64,000 nucleotides of DNA from an uncultured Chthonomonadaceae bacterium (GTDB lineage Bacteria > Armatimonadota > Chthonomonadetes > Chthonomonadales > Chthonomonadaceae), in contig CAWFQB010000002.1 of assembly GCA_963817895.1 (NCBI GenBank), positions 352,001 through 416,000 on the forward strand, written 5' to 3'. The notes beneath the pieces are model-generated. The model was not told the origin of the DNA. It did not search any database and was given only the letters and a program-made list of their open reading frames with translations. Positions 1 through 10,285 of this stretch are shown here, piece after piece. A program made the position numbers and the translations under genes. Numbering within the stretch: the stretch's first letter is position 1; each line of letters begins with the position of its first letter.

Positions 1-811
1 CCACGCCGCCAAGCGTGATACGCGCGTCCGTCACCGTGCTGCCGTCCATGGTAAGCGCAACCGCGCAGGCCGACATTGCCCAATCCATAGACTGCTTTTC
101 GCGGAACTTCAGGTACGCGCTTCGAGCGGCAAGCGGCGAGGCGGGAACCAGAATCGCCGTGACGATCTCATCCGGTTTAAGAATGTTTTCGCGCAGCACG
201 TTTTGGGTCGGCAGAATAAAGAACTGCTCCAAGGGAACGCTGCGCACACCGTTCGGCCCGGCAATCGTCACGCTTGCGCCCAATGCCACGAGCGCCGTTG
301 CCGTATCGGATGGATGCACGATGAACGATGGCCCGCCGCCCAAAATGGCGTTGTACTTGTTCTCGCCCGCCGCCGCGTAGCACCGGTCGCCGCCTTTTTT
401 CAGGCAGATGATATGCTCGTTGCGGTAGTACCAGCAACGCGGGCGCTGGCACAAATTGCCGCCCATCGTGCCCGCGTGGCGAATCTGCGGCGAACCAATT
501 ACTTCCGCCGCCTGCGCTAATGCGGGAAAGTGTTTTCTTACATTGGCGTTTTCCGCCACATCCGCCACTTTGACGAGCGCCCCGATTTCCAGCCCCCGGC
601 GCGAATCATACCTCAGTTTGTCCAAACCGGGAATGTGTTTCAGGTTGACGACGGATTCCGGTTCGACCAGATGGTCTTTCATCTCCGTCAGTAAATCCTG
701 CCCGCCCGCCATGACGCGGATACGCCGGTTATTCACGTCCTGCGCGTCCAGAAGGCTGATAGCCTCCCGGACGCTGCCCGGATTGTGCAAATCAAAAGAG
801 TTCATGCTCAT
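1..811 (-). CDS. Xanthine dehydrogenase/aldehyde oxidoreductase FAD-binding subunit (YagS/PaoB-like); 3' end runs off the window
   Basis: Manual translation (absent from the ORF track): MSMNSFDLHNPGSVREAI...MAGGQDLL...SPQIRHAGTMGGNLCQRPRCWYYR...C..GG..C...HPSD...ARITLGGVA. Confidence 0.9.
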   Translation of the reverse strand, partial: MSMNSFDLHNPGSVREAISLLDAQDVNNRRIRVMAGGQDLLTEMKDHLVEPESVVNLKHIPGLDKLRYDSRRGLEIGALVKVADVAENANVRKHFPALAQAAEVIGSPQIRHAGTMGGNLCQRPRCWYYRNEHIICLKKGGDRCYAAAGENKYNAILGGGPSFIVHPSDTATALVALGASVTIAGPNGVRSVPLEQFFILPTQNVLRENILKPDEIVTAILVPASPLAARSAYLKFREKQSMDWAMSACAVALTMDGSTVTDARITLGGV

Positions 812-917
812 AGTTCATCTCGTTGCCGGCCTGCGCAGGTATCCGGCGCAGGCCAATGGTTCATGTTTCTTCGCGAAATAAGCCCGGTAACACGGCCCTG
901 CTTTGCCTATCCGGAGC

Positions 918-1538
918 CTATCTGCGTCTCAGGAATTTTTGTCCATAGTATAACACCTGCGCGACGGCAAGCACAGCGCCGCCCAGGAACATGCCGAAGC
1001 CTTCGGCAAGCGAGGGATGCTTGTCCTGTTCCAGAATGACATAATCCGGCGCAAGCGAGTCGTCCAGTTTAGACAATTCTTTGCGGGTATCACTGTCGGA
1101 ATGAAGGCCGGTTTGGATCATGCCTTCAATGTCGCGCGTCTGATAGGCGCGCTGCGGATTATCGGCAACAAACTTGATTGCGGATTTTTCGTCCGTAATG
1201 CCGCGCGTTCCGCGAACGGTGTCCAGGATGCCGGAGTCTGTGGTTTCCATCAGCAAGTACGTTTTCTCGCCTTTGTCTGCCAGCATTGCCTCTATCGAAG
1301 TGACGGGGACAAACGCCTTGTTAATGGTATGGGAAGTCTGATTTTCCGCATACGCGCTTTCAATCACGTTGAGATGCGCGTCCTTGATGCGAAACCATCC
1401 CTCCTGCGGTTTTTCCTTGAGGAATTGTTCGTAAGTCACCGTATGCGGCGAACGGAAACGCAGGCCTTCCATGATTCCAACAAAGCCAAAGATCAGCAGG
1501 CCAATCGTGACCCCTATCGCAAGTATCGCCAGACGCAT
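918..1538 (-). CDS. Hypothetical membrane protein with N- and C-terminal TM helices, inside the oxidoreductase cluster
   Basis: ORF with hydrophobic termini, co-oriented with neighbours; AAGGAGG upstream of the MRLAIL start. Confidence 0.7.
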   Translation of the reverse strand: MRLAILAIGVTIGLLIFGFVGIMEGLRFRSPHTVTYEQFLKEKPQEGWFRIKDAHLNVIESAYAENQTSHTINKAFVPVTSIEAMLADKGEKTYLLMETTDSGILDTVRGTRGITDEKSAIKFVADNPQRAYQTRDIEGMIQTGLHSDSDTRKELSKLDDSLAPDYVILEQDKHPSLAEGFGMFLGGAVLAVAQVLYYGQKFLRRR

Positions 1539-1587
1539 CGTATCCTCCTTCATTCAGAACAGGTAACAGAGAAATGAACTCAGTGGT

Positions 1588-3840
1588 TTACGCTTTTTCA
1601 GCGTTGTTGTTCTGGCGCAGCTTTTCCAGCCCGTCCAGAATTTTGTCCGGCGTGATGGGCAGACTGTTGACGCGGACGCCGCAGGCGTTGTAAACCGCGT
1701 TGGCAATCGCGCTCGCGCCCGGAATGGCGGCGGGTTCGGCCATGCCGATAACCACGTCGCGGGTATCGCCATCATCAATCAGCGGGATCATTTCGGGCAT
1801 TTCCAGACAGCCGGGTATCTTGTACTCGTCCATTGTAATATTGAGCATATTGCCCGTGTACTCGTCTACGACGTGCTTTTCCAGAAGCGCGTAACCCAAC
1901 GCCTGTATCATGCCGCCGTTGAGTTGGCTTTGTACCGCGCGGCGATTGAGCGGCAGGCCGCAATCCTGAACGCCCACCATTTTCAACACGCGCGTCTGCC
2001 CGGTATCTAAATCTACTTCGACTTCGGCAAACTGAGCGCCATGTATGCCGTTGCCCGACAATCCGGGTTTCCATTCTCCGCGCGCGGTCAGCCCGCTTGC
2101 GCCCAGTGTAGCGCAAGCCTGTTTCCATGTCAGAGCCTTGTTCGGATTCTGGCTGGCATAAATTTTGCCGCCCTCGGCAACCAAATCTTCCGGTTTGGCT
2201 TTCAGGGCGGGGGCCACTTTCGCGAACATCAACAGGCGGGCATTGTAAGCCGCATCCTTCACGGCGGGCGCGAGCGAGGCCGTTGTCGTGCTGCCGCCGG
2301 ACGGGTTGGAGTTGCCATACGTGCTGCGCCCAAGCCGCGCTTCCACCGCTTTCAGGGGCAGGCCGAACTCTTCCGCCACAATCGCCGACATGTAGGTGCG
2401 GGTTCCCGTACCCAAATCCTGCGACCCGACCTGTACGCTGACGCTTCCATCCGACTTGATGAACACGTCTACCTGATTGGACGGCCCGCCGCCCCCGCCC
2501 CATGTCGCCATGCCGCAGCCCATGCCCCGCTTGCACGAATTGTACGGGCCGGACAGTTCGCCGCCACCGGGCGTTTTCGGGCGCTTTTCCCAACCCAACT
2601 CTTTCGCGCCCATGTCCAACTGCCGATGAAACGCCTTGTCCGTTGTGTTCTTTTTGCGGAAATCAATCGGGTCCATGTTGATTTTAGCGGCAAGGTCATC
2701 CACAAGCGATTCCATCGCGAACGATACCTGTGGATGTCCCGGCCCGCGCATGGAGAGCGAAGCGTCCTGATGGGTGTTGACGTGCGATTTATCCCGGTAC
2801 ACGTTCTGTACCTGATAGATGTACGGCAATCCCGCCAATCCGCCCTGCCCTAACCCGCCGAGTTCAAACTGTTCCGTCCGCAGGGCAATCAACGTGCCGT
2901 CTCTCTTTGCGCCCGCTTTTACTTTCTGCAAAGCCCCGTTGCGGTTGCCGCCCATGAGAAACTCTTCGGGGCGATTGAGCATCAGCTTCACAGGCGCTTT
3001 GGCCTGCTTGCTGAGTTGACAGGCGACGCCGCCGGGAAGCATCAGGCCGAACTTGCTGCCGAACCCGCCGCCCATGTGTTCCACAACGGAAACCACGTTC
3101 GGCGCTTTCAGTCCCAACGCGCTTGCCGCTTCGCCCGGAATGGAAAACGTCCACTGCGTACTCGCGTAAACCGTCGCCTTATCGCCCCCGTTATAATCCA
3201 CCACAACGCCGTGCGTTTCCAGACAAACGTGGTGCTGCATCGTGATCTCGTACTCGGCCTCGACAACCGCGTCGCACTGCGCGAACGCTTTGTCCACGTC
3301 GTTCAGGTCGCCGCGTTTTTCATCGTTCTGCGTGTTGCCTTTGGTTCCGCGCTTGTACACTTCCGGGGCGTCGGGTTTTGTGGCCTGCGCATACGTGACC
3401 GCGTGTGGCCGCTTTTTATACTCCACTTTGATGGCGCGAATGGCGTCTTCGGCGATTTCGGGCGTGATGGCAGCAACGGCGGCAATCGGGTCGCCCTCGT
3501 ACTTGGCCTCCGTTTTGCCCATCGTCATGACGGCCTTGACGCCGTTCATCTTTTCCGCCGCGCTCGTATCCACGCTGACCACGTCCGCGCTGGCGTGTGG
3601 AGAGTGCAAAATCCGCCCGTACAACATGCCCGGAAGCCGAACATCATACGTATATTTCGCCATGCCGCTCGCTTTGGCCGGACCGTCCAGTCGTTCCAGA
3701 TCGGTGTTGAGCAGTTTGTGGCTGCCCCGCGCCCCCCACGTCAGCCCGCCCACATCGTCAACCTCGATCTCAACAAGGGTATCCTGCCCGTTCACGACAC
3801 GCGGCACTTTTATCTTTTTCTTTTTGGGTGGTGTTTGCAT
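1588..3840 (-). CDS. Xanthine dehydrogenase family molybdopterin-binding subunit (YagR/PaoC-like)
   Basis: 750 aa; GGGFGSK, MRGPG, QDLGTG, GGS and QLNGGMIQALG motifs. Confidence 0.93.
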   Translation of the reverse strand: MQTPPKKKKIKVPRVVNGQDTLVEIEVDDVGGLTWGARGSHKLLNTDLERLDGPAKASGMAKYTYDVRLPGMLYGRILHSPHASADVVSVDTSAAEKMNGVKAVMTMGKTEAKYEGDPIAAVAAITPEIAEDAIRAIKVEYKKRPHAVTYAQATKPDAPEVYKRGTKGNTQNDEKRGDLNDVDKAFAQCDAVVEAEYEITMQHHVCLETHGVVVDYNGGDKATVYASTQWTFSIPGEAASALGLKAPNVVSVVEHMGGGFGSKFGLMLPGGVACQLSKQAKAPVKLMLNRPEEFLMGGNRNGALQKVKAGAKRDGTLIALRTEQFELGGLGQGGLAGLPYIYQVQNVYRDKSHVNTHQDASLSMRGPGHPQVSFAMESLVDDLAAKINMDPIDFRKKNTTDKAFHRQLDMGAKELGWEKRPKTPGGGELSGPYNSCKRGMGCGMATWGGGGGPSNQVDVFIKSDGSVSVQVGSQDLGTGTRTYMSAIVAEEFGLPLKAVEARLGRSTYGNSNPSGGSTTTASLAPAVKDAAYNARLLMFAKVAPALKAKPEDLVAEGGKIYASQNPNKALTWKQACATLGASGLTARGEWKPGLSGNGIHGAQFAEVEVDLDTGQTRVLKMVGVQDCGLPLNRRAVQSQLNGGMIQALGYALLEKHVVDEYTGNMLNITMDEYKIPGCLEMPEMIPLIDDGDTRDVVIGMAEPAAIPGASAIANAVYNACGVRVNSLPITPDKILDGLEKLRQNNNAEKA

Positions 3841-3852
3841 GATGAACCTCGG

Positions 3853-3955
3853 AGGTTTCAGGTGTCAGGTGTCAGGAAAAACATTTCTGCTCTTGTCTCA
3901 TCTTGTTGTAGCGAAAAGCACTTCCCTGACACCTGAAACCTGAAACCTGAAACCT
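3853..3955. repeat. Intergenic inverted heptamer arrays (AGGTGTC/AGGTTTC ... GACACCT/GAAACCT)
   Basis: aggtttcaggtgtcaggtgtcagg ... cctgacacctgaaacctgaaacctgaaacct. Confidence 0.85.
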
Positions 3956-3957
3956 TC

Positions 3958-4614
3958 CTAACCTTTTTTTGCCGCCGCCAACGCCGCTTCAAAAATATGC
4001 GGGTAGGTTCCGCAACGGCAGACATTGCCCGCGCAGGCATGCTGCACGTCTGTGAGCGTGGGATTCGGGTTGCGCTGCAAGAGCGCGTGTACGGACGTGA
4101 TGAAACCGGGCGTACAAAAGCCGCACATCAGCGCGTCATGCTCCACGAACGCCTGCTGCACCGCGCTGAGTTGCCCGTTTCGGGTGAGTAACCCTTCTAC
4201 GGTGGTGATATGCTTGCCGGCCACATCTACGGCAAGCAACATGCAGGCGTACATGGTTTTGCCATCCACCAGCACGGTACACGCGCCACACGCGCCCTGA
4301 TCGCACACGAGTTTTGGGCCGGTCACAGGCGGTTCGGCATGGTTGCGCAGGGCGTTGACAAGGGTAGTGCGCGGCTCTACCTGCATGGTCATGGCTTTCC
4401 CATTGACATTGAGCGTCACGTTCTGGAAGCCTTTGGGGAGGGTGGCGGTTTCTCCGGCTTTGGCGGCGGGCGCAGCCTCCGCCTCTTTCGGCAGCAGCAG
4501 TTCCGCGCCCATCGTGGTTCCGGCCCCGGCCACGCCCAGCCCGCGTAAAAACTGGCGGCGATTGAAGCCTTTGTTCGGGTTATCGGTTGGTTCTTTGGGT
4601 TCGTTATCCGGCAT
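3958..4614 (-). CDS. (2Fe-2S)-binding subunit with Tat signal (YagT/PaoA-like)
   Basis: NRRQFL twin-arginine motif; CDQGACGAC, CGFC and CRC cysteine motifs. Confidence 0.93.
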   Translation of the reverse strand: MPDNEPKEPTDNPNKGFNRRQFLRGLGVAGAGTTMGAELLLPKEAEAAPAAKAGETATLPKGFQNVTLNVNGKAMTMQVEPRTTLVNALRNHAEPPVTGPKLVCDQGACGACTVLVDGKTMYACMLLAVDVAGKHITTVEGLLTRNGQLSAVQQAFVEHDALMCGFCTPGFITSVHALLQRNPNPTLTDVQHACAGNVCRCGTYPHIFEAALAAAKKG

Positions 4615-4966
4615 AAACGTGTCTTTCGTTGCGGTTACAAGATGTGTGAAATACTCAAAATTCGGGAAACAGGCAAAACGCGGCAGAAAAGGCCAATGTT
4701 TGCGATTCTATCCTTCATTCACGTTTCGACGCAGAAAATCCTTTATATTTTTCGGAAGATTTATTTCAGAGTTCTATCGGCGTGATTTCTGCCACTTCTT
4801 GAGGATTGCGTTTTGCGCTAGCAGGTTTCCAATGTGTGTCGTCTAGCTTCTAAGGTTTCGGTTGCCACAAGAGCATTCTCCTCCTCAACAGCCATATACT
4901 AATGTTCATTATACCCGGCCTCTTACATTGAGCGGGAATATCAACAATAGGCCGCCTGGTATAGAT

Positions 4967-6193
4967 TTATGGAAGGCGCTTCTGAAGAAGCGTGTATGTT
5001 TCGCGGGCGATCTGGCGCTCTTCGTCCGTGGGAACGACCCACACGCGCCTGCCGTCATCCGTTCCAAGAGCGGCCGGTTCCGGGCCGTTAATGTCAACAT
5101 TCAGGGTTTCATTCAATCCTAATCCCATAAACTCCAACCCGGCGCAGATGCGTTCGCGCGTTTTGAAGGCGTGGGAACCAATTTTATCTGTGAAGATCAA
5201 GGCGTCTACGCCGCCCATGGCCGCCGCATACGCGCCGATAGTTTTGCGGATACGGTACGCGAAGGCTTCCAATGCCAGTTTCGCCCACTCATTGCCCTCG
5301 TTTGTCGCTTTTTCCAGATCGCGAACGTCGCTGCTCAATCCGTTCGACAGGCCAAGCAGTCCGCTTTTTTTGTTGAGCAAGTCTGCCACGTCTGCCGCGC
5401 TCATGTTGAGAGCTTGCAGCAGGTACAGGACGAGGCCGGGGTCAATATCCCCCGACCGCGTTCCCATAATCAAGCCCTCCATTGGCGTAAATCCCATGCT
5501 CGTATCCACGCTTTTGCCGTTGCTCACCGCGCACACGCTGGCCCCGCCGCCTAAATGACAGAGTATCAGCCGTGTGCCAACGGCTTCCCATCCAAGCGCG
5601 AGGAGGGCGCGTTCCGTCACATAAGCATAGGAAATGCCATGAAAACCGTAGCGGCGCAGATGGTGTTGCCGCGCGAGTTCGTGAGGGATAGCGTACTGCG
5701 CCGCGACGGGCGGCAGGTCGTGGTGAAAGGCCGTGTCGAAAACGGCGATGTTGGGAACATCAGGCAGGGCGCGTATCGCGGCTTCAATTCCCGCTATGCT
5801 GCCGGGCGTGTGCAGGGGGGCCAGATTCGTCAGGCCACGCAACTGCTGTAAAACAGTTTTATCCACCCGAACCGGTTGGACAAAATCCGGCCCGCCATGC
5901 ACCACGCGATGCCCTACCGCGTCTACCGAAACGGTTTTGCCGCCGTTGTGTTCGGGCGCGACGAGCAGGCGCAGCGCCTGTTCCGCCGCTGACGCCACAT
6001 CCGGCGCGTCTATAGGCTTGCTCTGTTTATTCCCGCCGATGGTCAGCGTCAAATGCGTATCGGCTACGCCAACCCGCTCGATTTCCCCGACCGCCAGAAC
6101 ATTCTCCGGTTCGGTCAGCGGGCGCGGCGTTTCCATCTCATACAGGCAGAACTTCAGGCTGGAACTGCCCGCGTTCAGCGCGAGAATATTCAT
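4967..6193 (-). CDS. ackA: Acetate/propionate kinase with an atypical adenosine motif (FTDKIGSH)
   Basis: NAGSSSLK, GHRVVHGG, VFDTAFH, RRYGFHG, CHLGGG, GTRSGD and PTDEE motifs; downstream of phosphoketolase. Confidence 0.93.
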   Translation of the reverse strand: MNILALNAGSSSLKFCLYEMETPRPLTEPENVLAVGEIERVGVADTHLTLTIGGNKQSKPIDAPDVASAAEQALRLLVAPEHNGGKTVSVDAVGHRVVHGGPDFVQPVRVDKTVLQQLRGLTNLAPLHTPGSIAGIEAAIRALPDVPNIAVFDTAFHHDLPPVAAQYAIPHELARQHHLRRYGFHGISYAYVTERALLALGWEAVGTRLILCHLGGGASVCAVSNGKSVDTSMGFTPMEGLIMGTRSGDIDPGLVLYLLQALNMSAADVADLLNKKSGLLGLSNGLSSDVRDLEKATNEGNEWAKLALEAFAYRIRKTIGAYAAAMGGVDALIFTDKIGSHAFKTRERICAGLEFMGLGLNETLNVDINGPEPAALGTDDGRRVWVVPTDEERQIARETYTLLQKRLP

Positions 6194-6281
6194 TCCGGCT
6201 TTCCCTTGTTGCTTCTTGTATACGGTGTCTGTATGCGCCCGTAGGGACACAACATGTTGTGTCCAAAATGCCGTAAACCCA

Positions 6282-8680
6282 TTAATGCGGCCATTTCCAA
6301 TCGCGGACTTCGGGCATGTCTTCGCCGTGTTCGCGGATGTAATGGCTGTGGGTGATGAGTTTGTCTTGCAGCATCTGCTTGAGAGTTGCGGCCCGATAGC
6401 CGAGCGTGGGAACTCGGTCTATCACGTCCATTGCCAGATGAAAGCGGTCTATTTCGTTGAGTACGCACATGTCGAAGGGCGTCGTAGTGGTGCCGTTCTC
6501 TTTGTAGCCGCGCACATGAATCTCGGCGTGGTTGACGCGGCGATACGTCAGCCGGTGAATCAGCCAGGGATAGCCGTGATACGCGAAAATAACCGGCTTA
6601 TCGGTGGTGAACAGGGCGTTGAAATCGCTGTCGCTCAGGCCGTGCGGGTGTTCCGTATCGGGCAGCAGTTTCATCAGGTCTACCACGTTGACAACGCGCA
6701 TTTTCAGAGTGGGGATGTACTGGTGTAAAATGCTCACGGCGGCGAGGATTTCCTGCGTGGGTATATCCCCGGCGCAGGCGAGAACTACGTCCGGGTCGCC
6801 GTCGGGATCGTTGCTGGCCCATTCCCACATCCCGATGCCCCGCGTACAGTGCAGAACGGCGTCGTTCATGTTCAGATACTGCAAAGCCGGCTGCTTGCCC
6901 GCCACAATCACGTTGACGTACTGGCGACTGCGCAGGCAGTGATCCGTGACAGACAGCAGCGTGTTGGCGTCCGGGGGCAGATACACGCGCACTATCGTCG
7001 GCTTCTTGTTCATAACGTGGTCAATAAAGCCGGGGTCCTGATGCGAAAAGCCGTTGTGGTCCTGCCGCCAGACGTGTGACGTTAGCAGGTAGTTGAGGGA
7101 CGCGATGTTGCGCCGCCAGGGGACGTGCCGGGACGCTTCCAGCCATTTCGCGTGCTGGTTGAACATGCTGTCCACGATGTGGATAAACGCCTCGTAGCAC
7201 GAAAAGAGGCCGTGCCGCCCCGTGAGCAGATAGCCCTCCAGCCAGCCCTGACAGGTATGTTCGCTCAGTATCTCCATTACGCGCCCATCCCGCGCCAGAT
7301 GGTCGTCATCCGTCAAATATTTCCTCTTCCCATGCCCGGTTGGTAACTTCCAGAACCGCGTTCAGGCGATTGGAATTGTTCTCATCGGGCGACAGGACGC
7401 GGAAATTGCGCGCTTCTAAATTCTGCTTCATCACGTCGCGCAGAAATTGCCCCATCACGCGGGTGGCCTCCGCGTTTGTCGTGCCGGGTGAGGTCACGTC
7501 CACAGCATAAGCGCGAAAATCGGGCAGATGCAGGTCTTTGAGTAATTGTCCGCCATTGGCGTAGGGCGTGGCTCCCTGTCGTTTGTCGCCTTCCGGCGCA
7601 AGCGCGGCGAGTTCGGGCCGCAGCGCGCCGCGTTCATCGAAAAGCTCTTCCGGTTTGTAACTTTGCAGCCAGTCTTGCAGAATCTGCAAATGCTCCGGCT
7701 TGCTCATGTCCTCCATCGGAACCTGATGCGAACGCCACGAGCCTTCGGCCTTTTTGCCGTCTACGGTTTTCGGCCCCGTCCAGCCTTTGAGCGAACGGAA
7801 AATAATCATCGGCCACTGCGGGCGCGAGGTGTCGCCCTCCGTTCGCGCCCTGCGCTGAATGGTTTTGATCTCGTCAACAATCGTGTCCAGCGTTGCGGCC
7901 ATAGATCTGGTGCATGGGTTCCGGCTCGGTTCCCTCCACGAAATAGGGTTTGTAGCCATAGCCCAGAAACAGATGCGTCAATTCCTCATCGTTCATGCGG
8001 GCCAGCAGGGTGGGGTTGGCAATTTTGTAGCCGTTCAAATGCAAAATCGGGAGGACAGCCCCATCCCCGACGGGATTGAGGAATTTGTTGCCGTGCCAGC
8101 TTGTCGCCAGTGGCCCGGTTTCCGCTTCGCCGTCGCCAATCGTGCAGACAACAAGCAGATCGGGATTGTCGAACGCGGCTCCATACGCATGGCTCAGAGA
8201 ATAGCCCAACTCGCCGCCCTCATGGATGGAACCGGGCGTTTCCGGGGCGCAATGGCTGGGAATGCCGCCCGGAAACGAGAACTGCTTGAACAGTTTCTGG
8301 ATACCCTCCGCGTCCTGCGTGATGTTAGGATAGCGTTCTGTGTACGTGCCTTCCAGATAGGTGTTGGCGACGATTCCCGGCCCGCCATGTCCCGGCCCCG
8401 TTATATTGAGAACGCTTAGATCATACTTCTTGATAATGCGGTTGACGTGGACGTAAATGAAGTTCAGGCCGGGTGTCGTTCCCCAGTGTCCGAGCAGGCG
8501 CGGCTTGATGTGGGCAAGCGTGAGCGGTTCGCGCAAAAGGGGATTGTCCAGCAGATAGATTTGCCCCACGGAAAGGTAATTGGCCGCGCGCCAGTAGGCG
8601 TTCATGGCGTTCAGTTCCACAGCCCTGAGCGGCTGCGCTTCCTGCGGCGCGGTTGGCGCAGGCAAAGGCGGATTCGTCAT
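6282..8680 (-). CDS. xfp: Phosphoketolase, split into 3 ORFs by frameshifts near 7900 and 7315
   Basis: [30 protein letters not shown] and [16 protein letters not shown] motifs are collinear across the ORFs. Confidence 0.92.
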
Positions 8681-8908
8681 GATGCTCTCCTTACGTCCTC
8701 AAGCAGCGTCTCTCAATCTCTGTCGAAGTTTTGAATCATGTCTGGTTACGTATCAGCATCGCAATGTTCACCGCATCGCGGCAACGAAGAGGAAGTTATC
8801 AAGCCGGCTGGCATTTATCCATCCGGCAGGGCCGTGTAAACCGCGTCCGTTGCGGTACAATGATAGCAGTAAAACCATTGCTCTGCGGATTGAAAAGGAG
8901 TCTGCGCC

Positions 8909-9592
8909 ATGCCTGCGGAAACCATTCCCATCTTGCCCGCGTCCCAACCACCTGCGCCCGCCGGCCTTGTTTATCTCCCGCCCGGCGCAATCGTGATGTC
9001 CGTGGAAGAGTACCTCGAATTTGAACGCGACTCGGAAATTCGTTATGAGTACGTGGACTTTTATGCCATTCCTAAAGACGGCGTAGAGGAACTGGAAAAC
9101 GGCGAAATACGCGCCCTGTCCGGCGAGTCGCCCGAACACAATCAAATTGCCGGCAACGTGTACGTGAAGTTTGACCGTGAAATTGGGGAACGCCCCTGTA
9201 GAGTTTACATTGAGGGTATCCGCGCGCGTGTTTCCGCAACAAAGTACCGTTATCCCGATGTTGCCGCGCTGTGCGGACCGGCGCAATTTGATAACGCCAA
9301 TCCGCCCTGCCTGCTCAATCCCTCCGTCCTCGTGGAAGTCCTGTCGCCCTCCACGCAGCGTACCGACCACACGGAAAAATTCGATGAGTATAAGCGCATT
9401 CTCACGCTCACGGATTATGTTCTCATTGCGCAAGACCGCATGTTCGTAATCCACTACGCCCGTCAAAGCGCGTCCCGTTGGCTTATTTCCGAATACGAGC
9501 AGGCGGCGGATACCCTGACGTTTGCCACGCTCGGCGTTACCATTTCTCTCGGCGAAATGTACCGCAAAATCGTTTTCGCGCCGTCTGTATAA
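8909..9592 (+). CDS. Uma2 family PD-(D/E)xK endonuclease
   Basis: MSVEEYL..E, YPDV, LVEVLSPST..D..EK motifs. Confidence 0.88.
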   Translation: MPAETIPILPASQPPAPAGLVYLPPGAIVMSVEEYLEFERDSEIRYEYVDFYAIPKDGVEELENGEIRALSGESPEHNQIAGNVYVKFDREIGERPCRVYIEGIRARVSATKYRYPDVAALCGPAQFDNANPPCLLNPSVLVEVLSPSTQRTDHTEKFDEYKRILTLTDYVLIAQDRMFVIHYARQSASRWLISEYEQAADTLTFATLGVTISLGEMYRKIVFAPSV

Positions 9593-9620
9593 ATCAGGCA
9601 TATCAACTTGGAGTAACCTA

Positions 9621-10238
9621 ATGGCAAATACAGTACCTTCACTAACAGAAAGCGGCGGGCCGTGGGAACCCACGCCAAACCGTAAGCGATTTACGCGCAA
9701 AGAATGTGAGTTTTTGGAACAAAATCAACTGCTGACCGAACGCTACGAACTTATTGACGGGGAGATTATCTTTAAGATGCCGCAGAATCCGCCACATGCG
9801 CTCACTGTTATGTTGATTACCGCCTGGTTGATGCGGGTATTTGGCGAGATGTACGCGCGCTGTCAATTAGCAATAGATGTGGGCGAGGCCGCTCCCGAAA
9901 TCAACAACCCTGAACCGGATGGCGTTGCATTGTCGCAGCCTGTTACCGCTTTTGCCGCGCGTCATCCTGCACCCATGGAAATTCTGTTAGTGGTCGAAGT
10001 GTCGGATACGACAATACATTTCGACCTGCATAACAAGGCAGCTCTGTATGCCCTCGCGGGTATTGTGGAATACTGGGTTGCCGACATCAAAGAAAGGCGG
10101 TTCGTCGTACATCGCAATCCCACACCTGCGGGCTATGCGGAGGTGACCCAATACGACGCGGAAGAAACCATATCGCCGCTTGCCCGCCCGGACGCGAGTG
10201 TGCGCGTGGCCGACCTGTTGCCGCCTGTACAATCTTAA
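9621..10238 (+). CDS. Uma2 family endonuclease
   Basis: YELIDGEI, PEPD, LVVEVSDTT..D...K..LYA.AGI.EYW motifs. Confidence 0.88.
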   Translation: MANTVPSLTESGGPWEPTPNRKRFTRKECEFLEQNQLLTERYELIDGEIIFKMPQNPPHALTVMLITAWLMRVFGEMYARCQLAIDVGEAAPEINNPEPDGVALSQPVTAFAARHPAPMEILLVVEVSDTTIHFDLHNKAALYALAGIVEYWVADIKERRFVVHRNPTPAGYAEVTQYDAEETISPLARPDASVRVADLLPPVQS

Positions 10239-10285
10239 CAAACCGCGAAATACGCGAAGTAAACGAAAAGAAGACAAACAAGACT

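Noticed and set aside
8909..10238. Tandem Uma2 genes as a restriction or defence system
   Set aside because: Uma2 paralogues are commonly expanded in such genomes; no methylase or partner gene is adjacent
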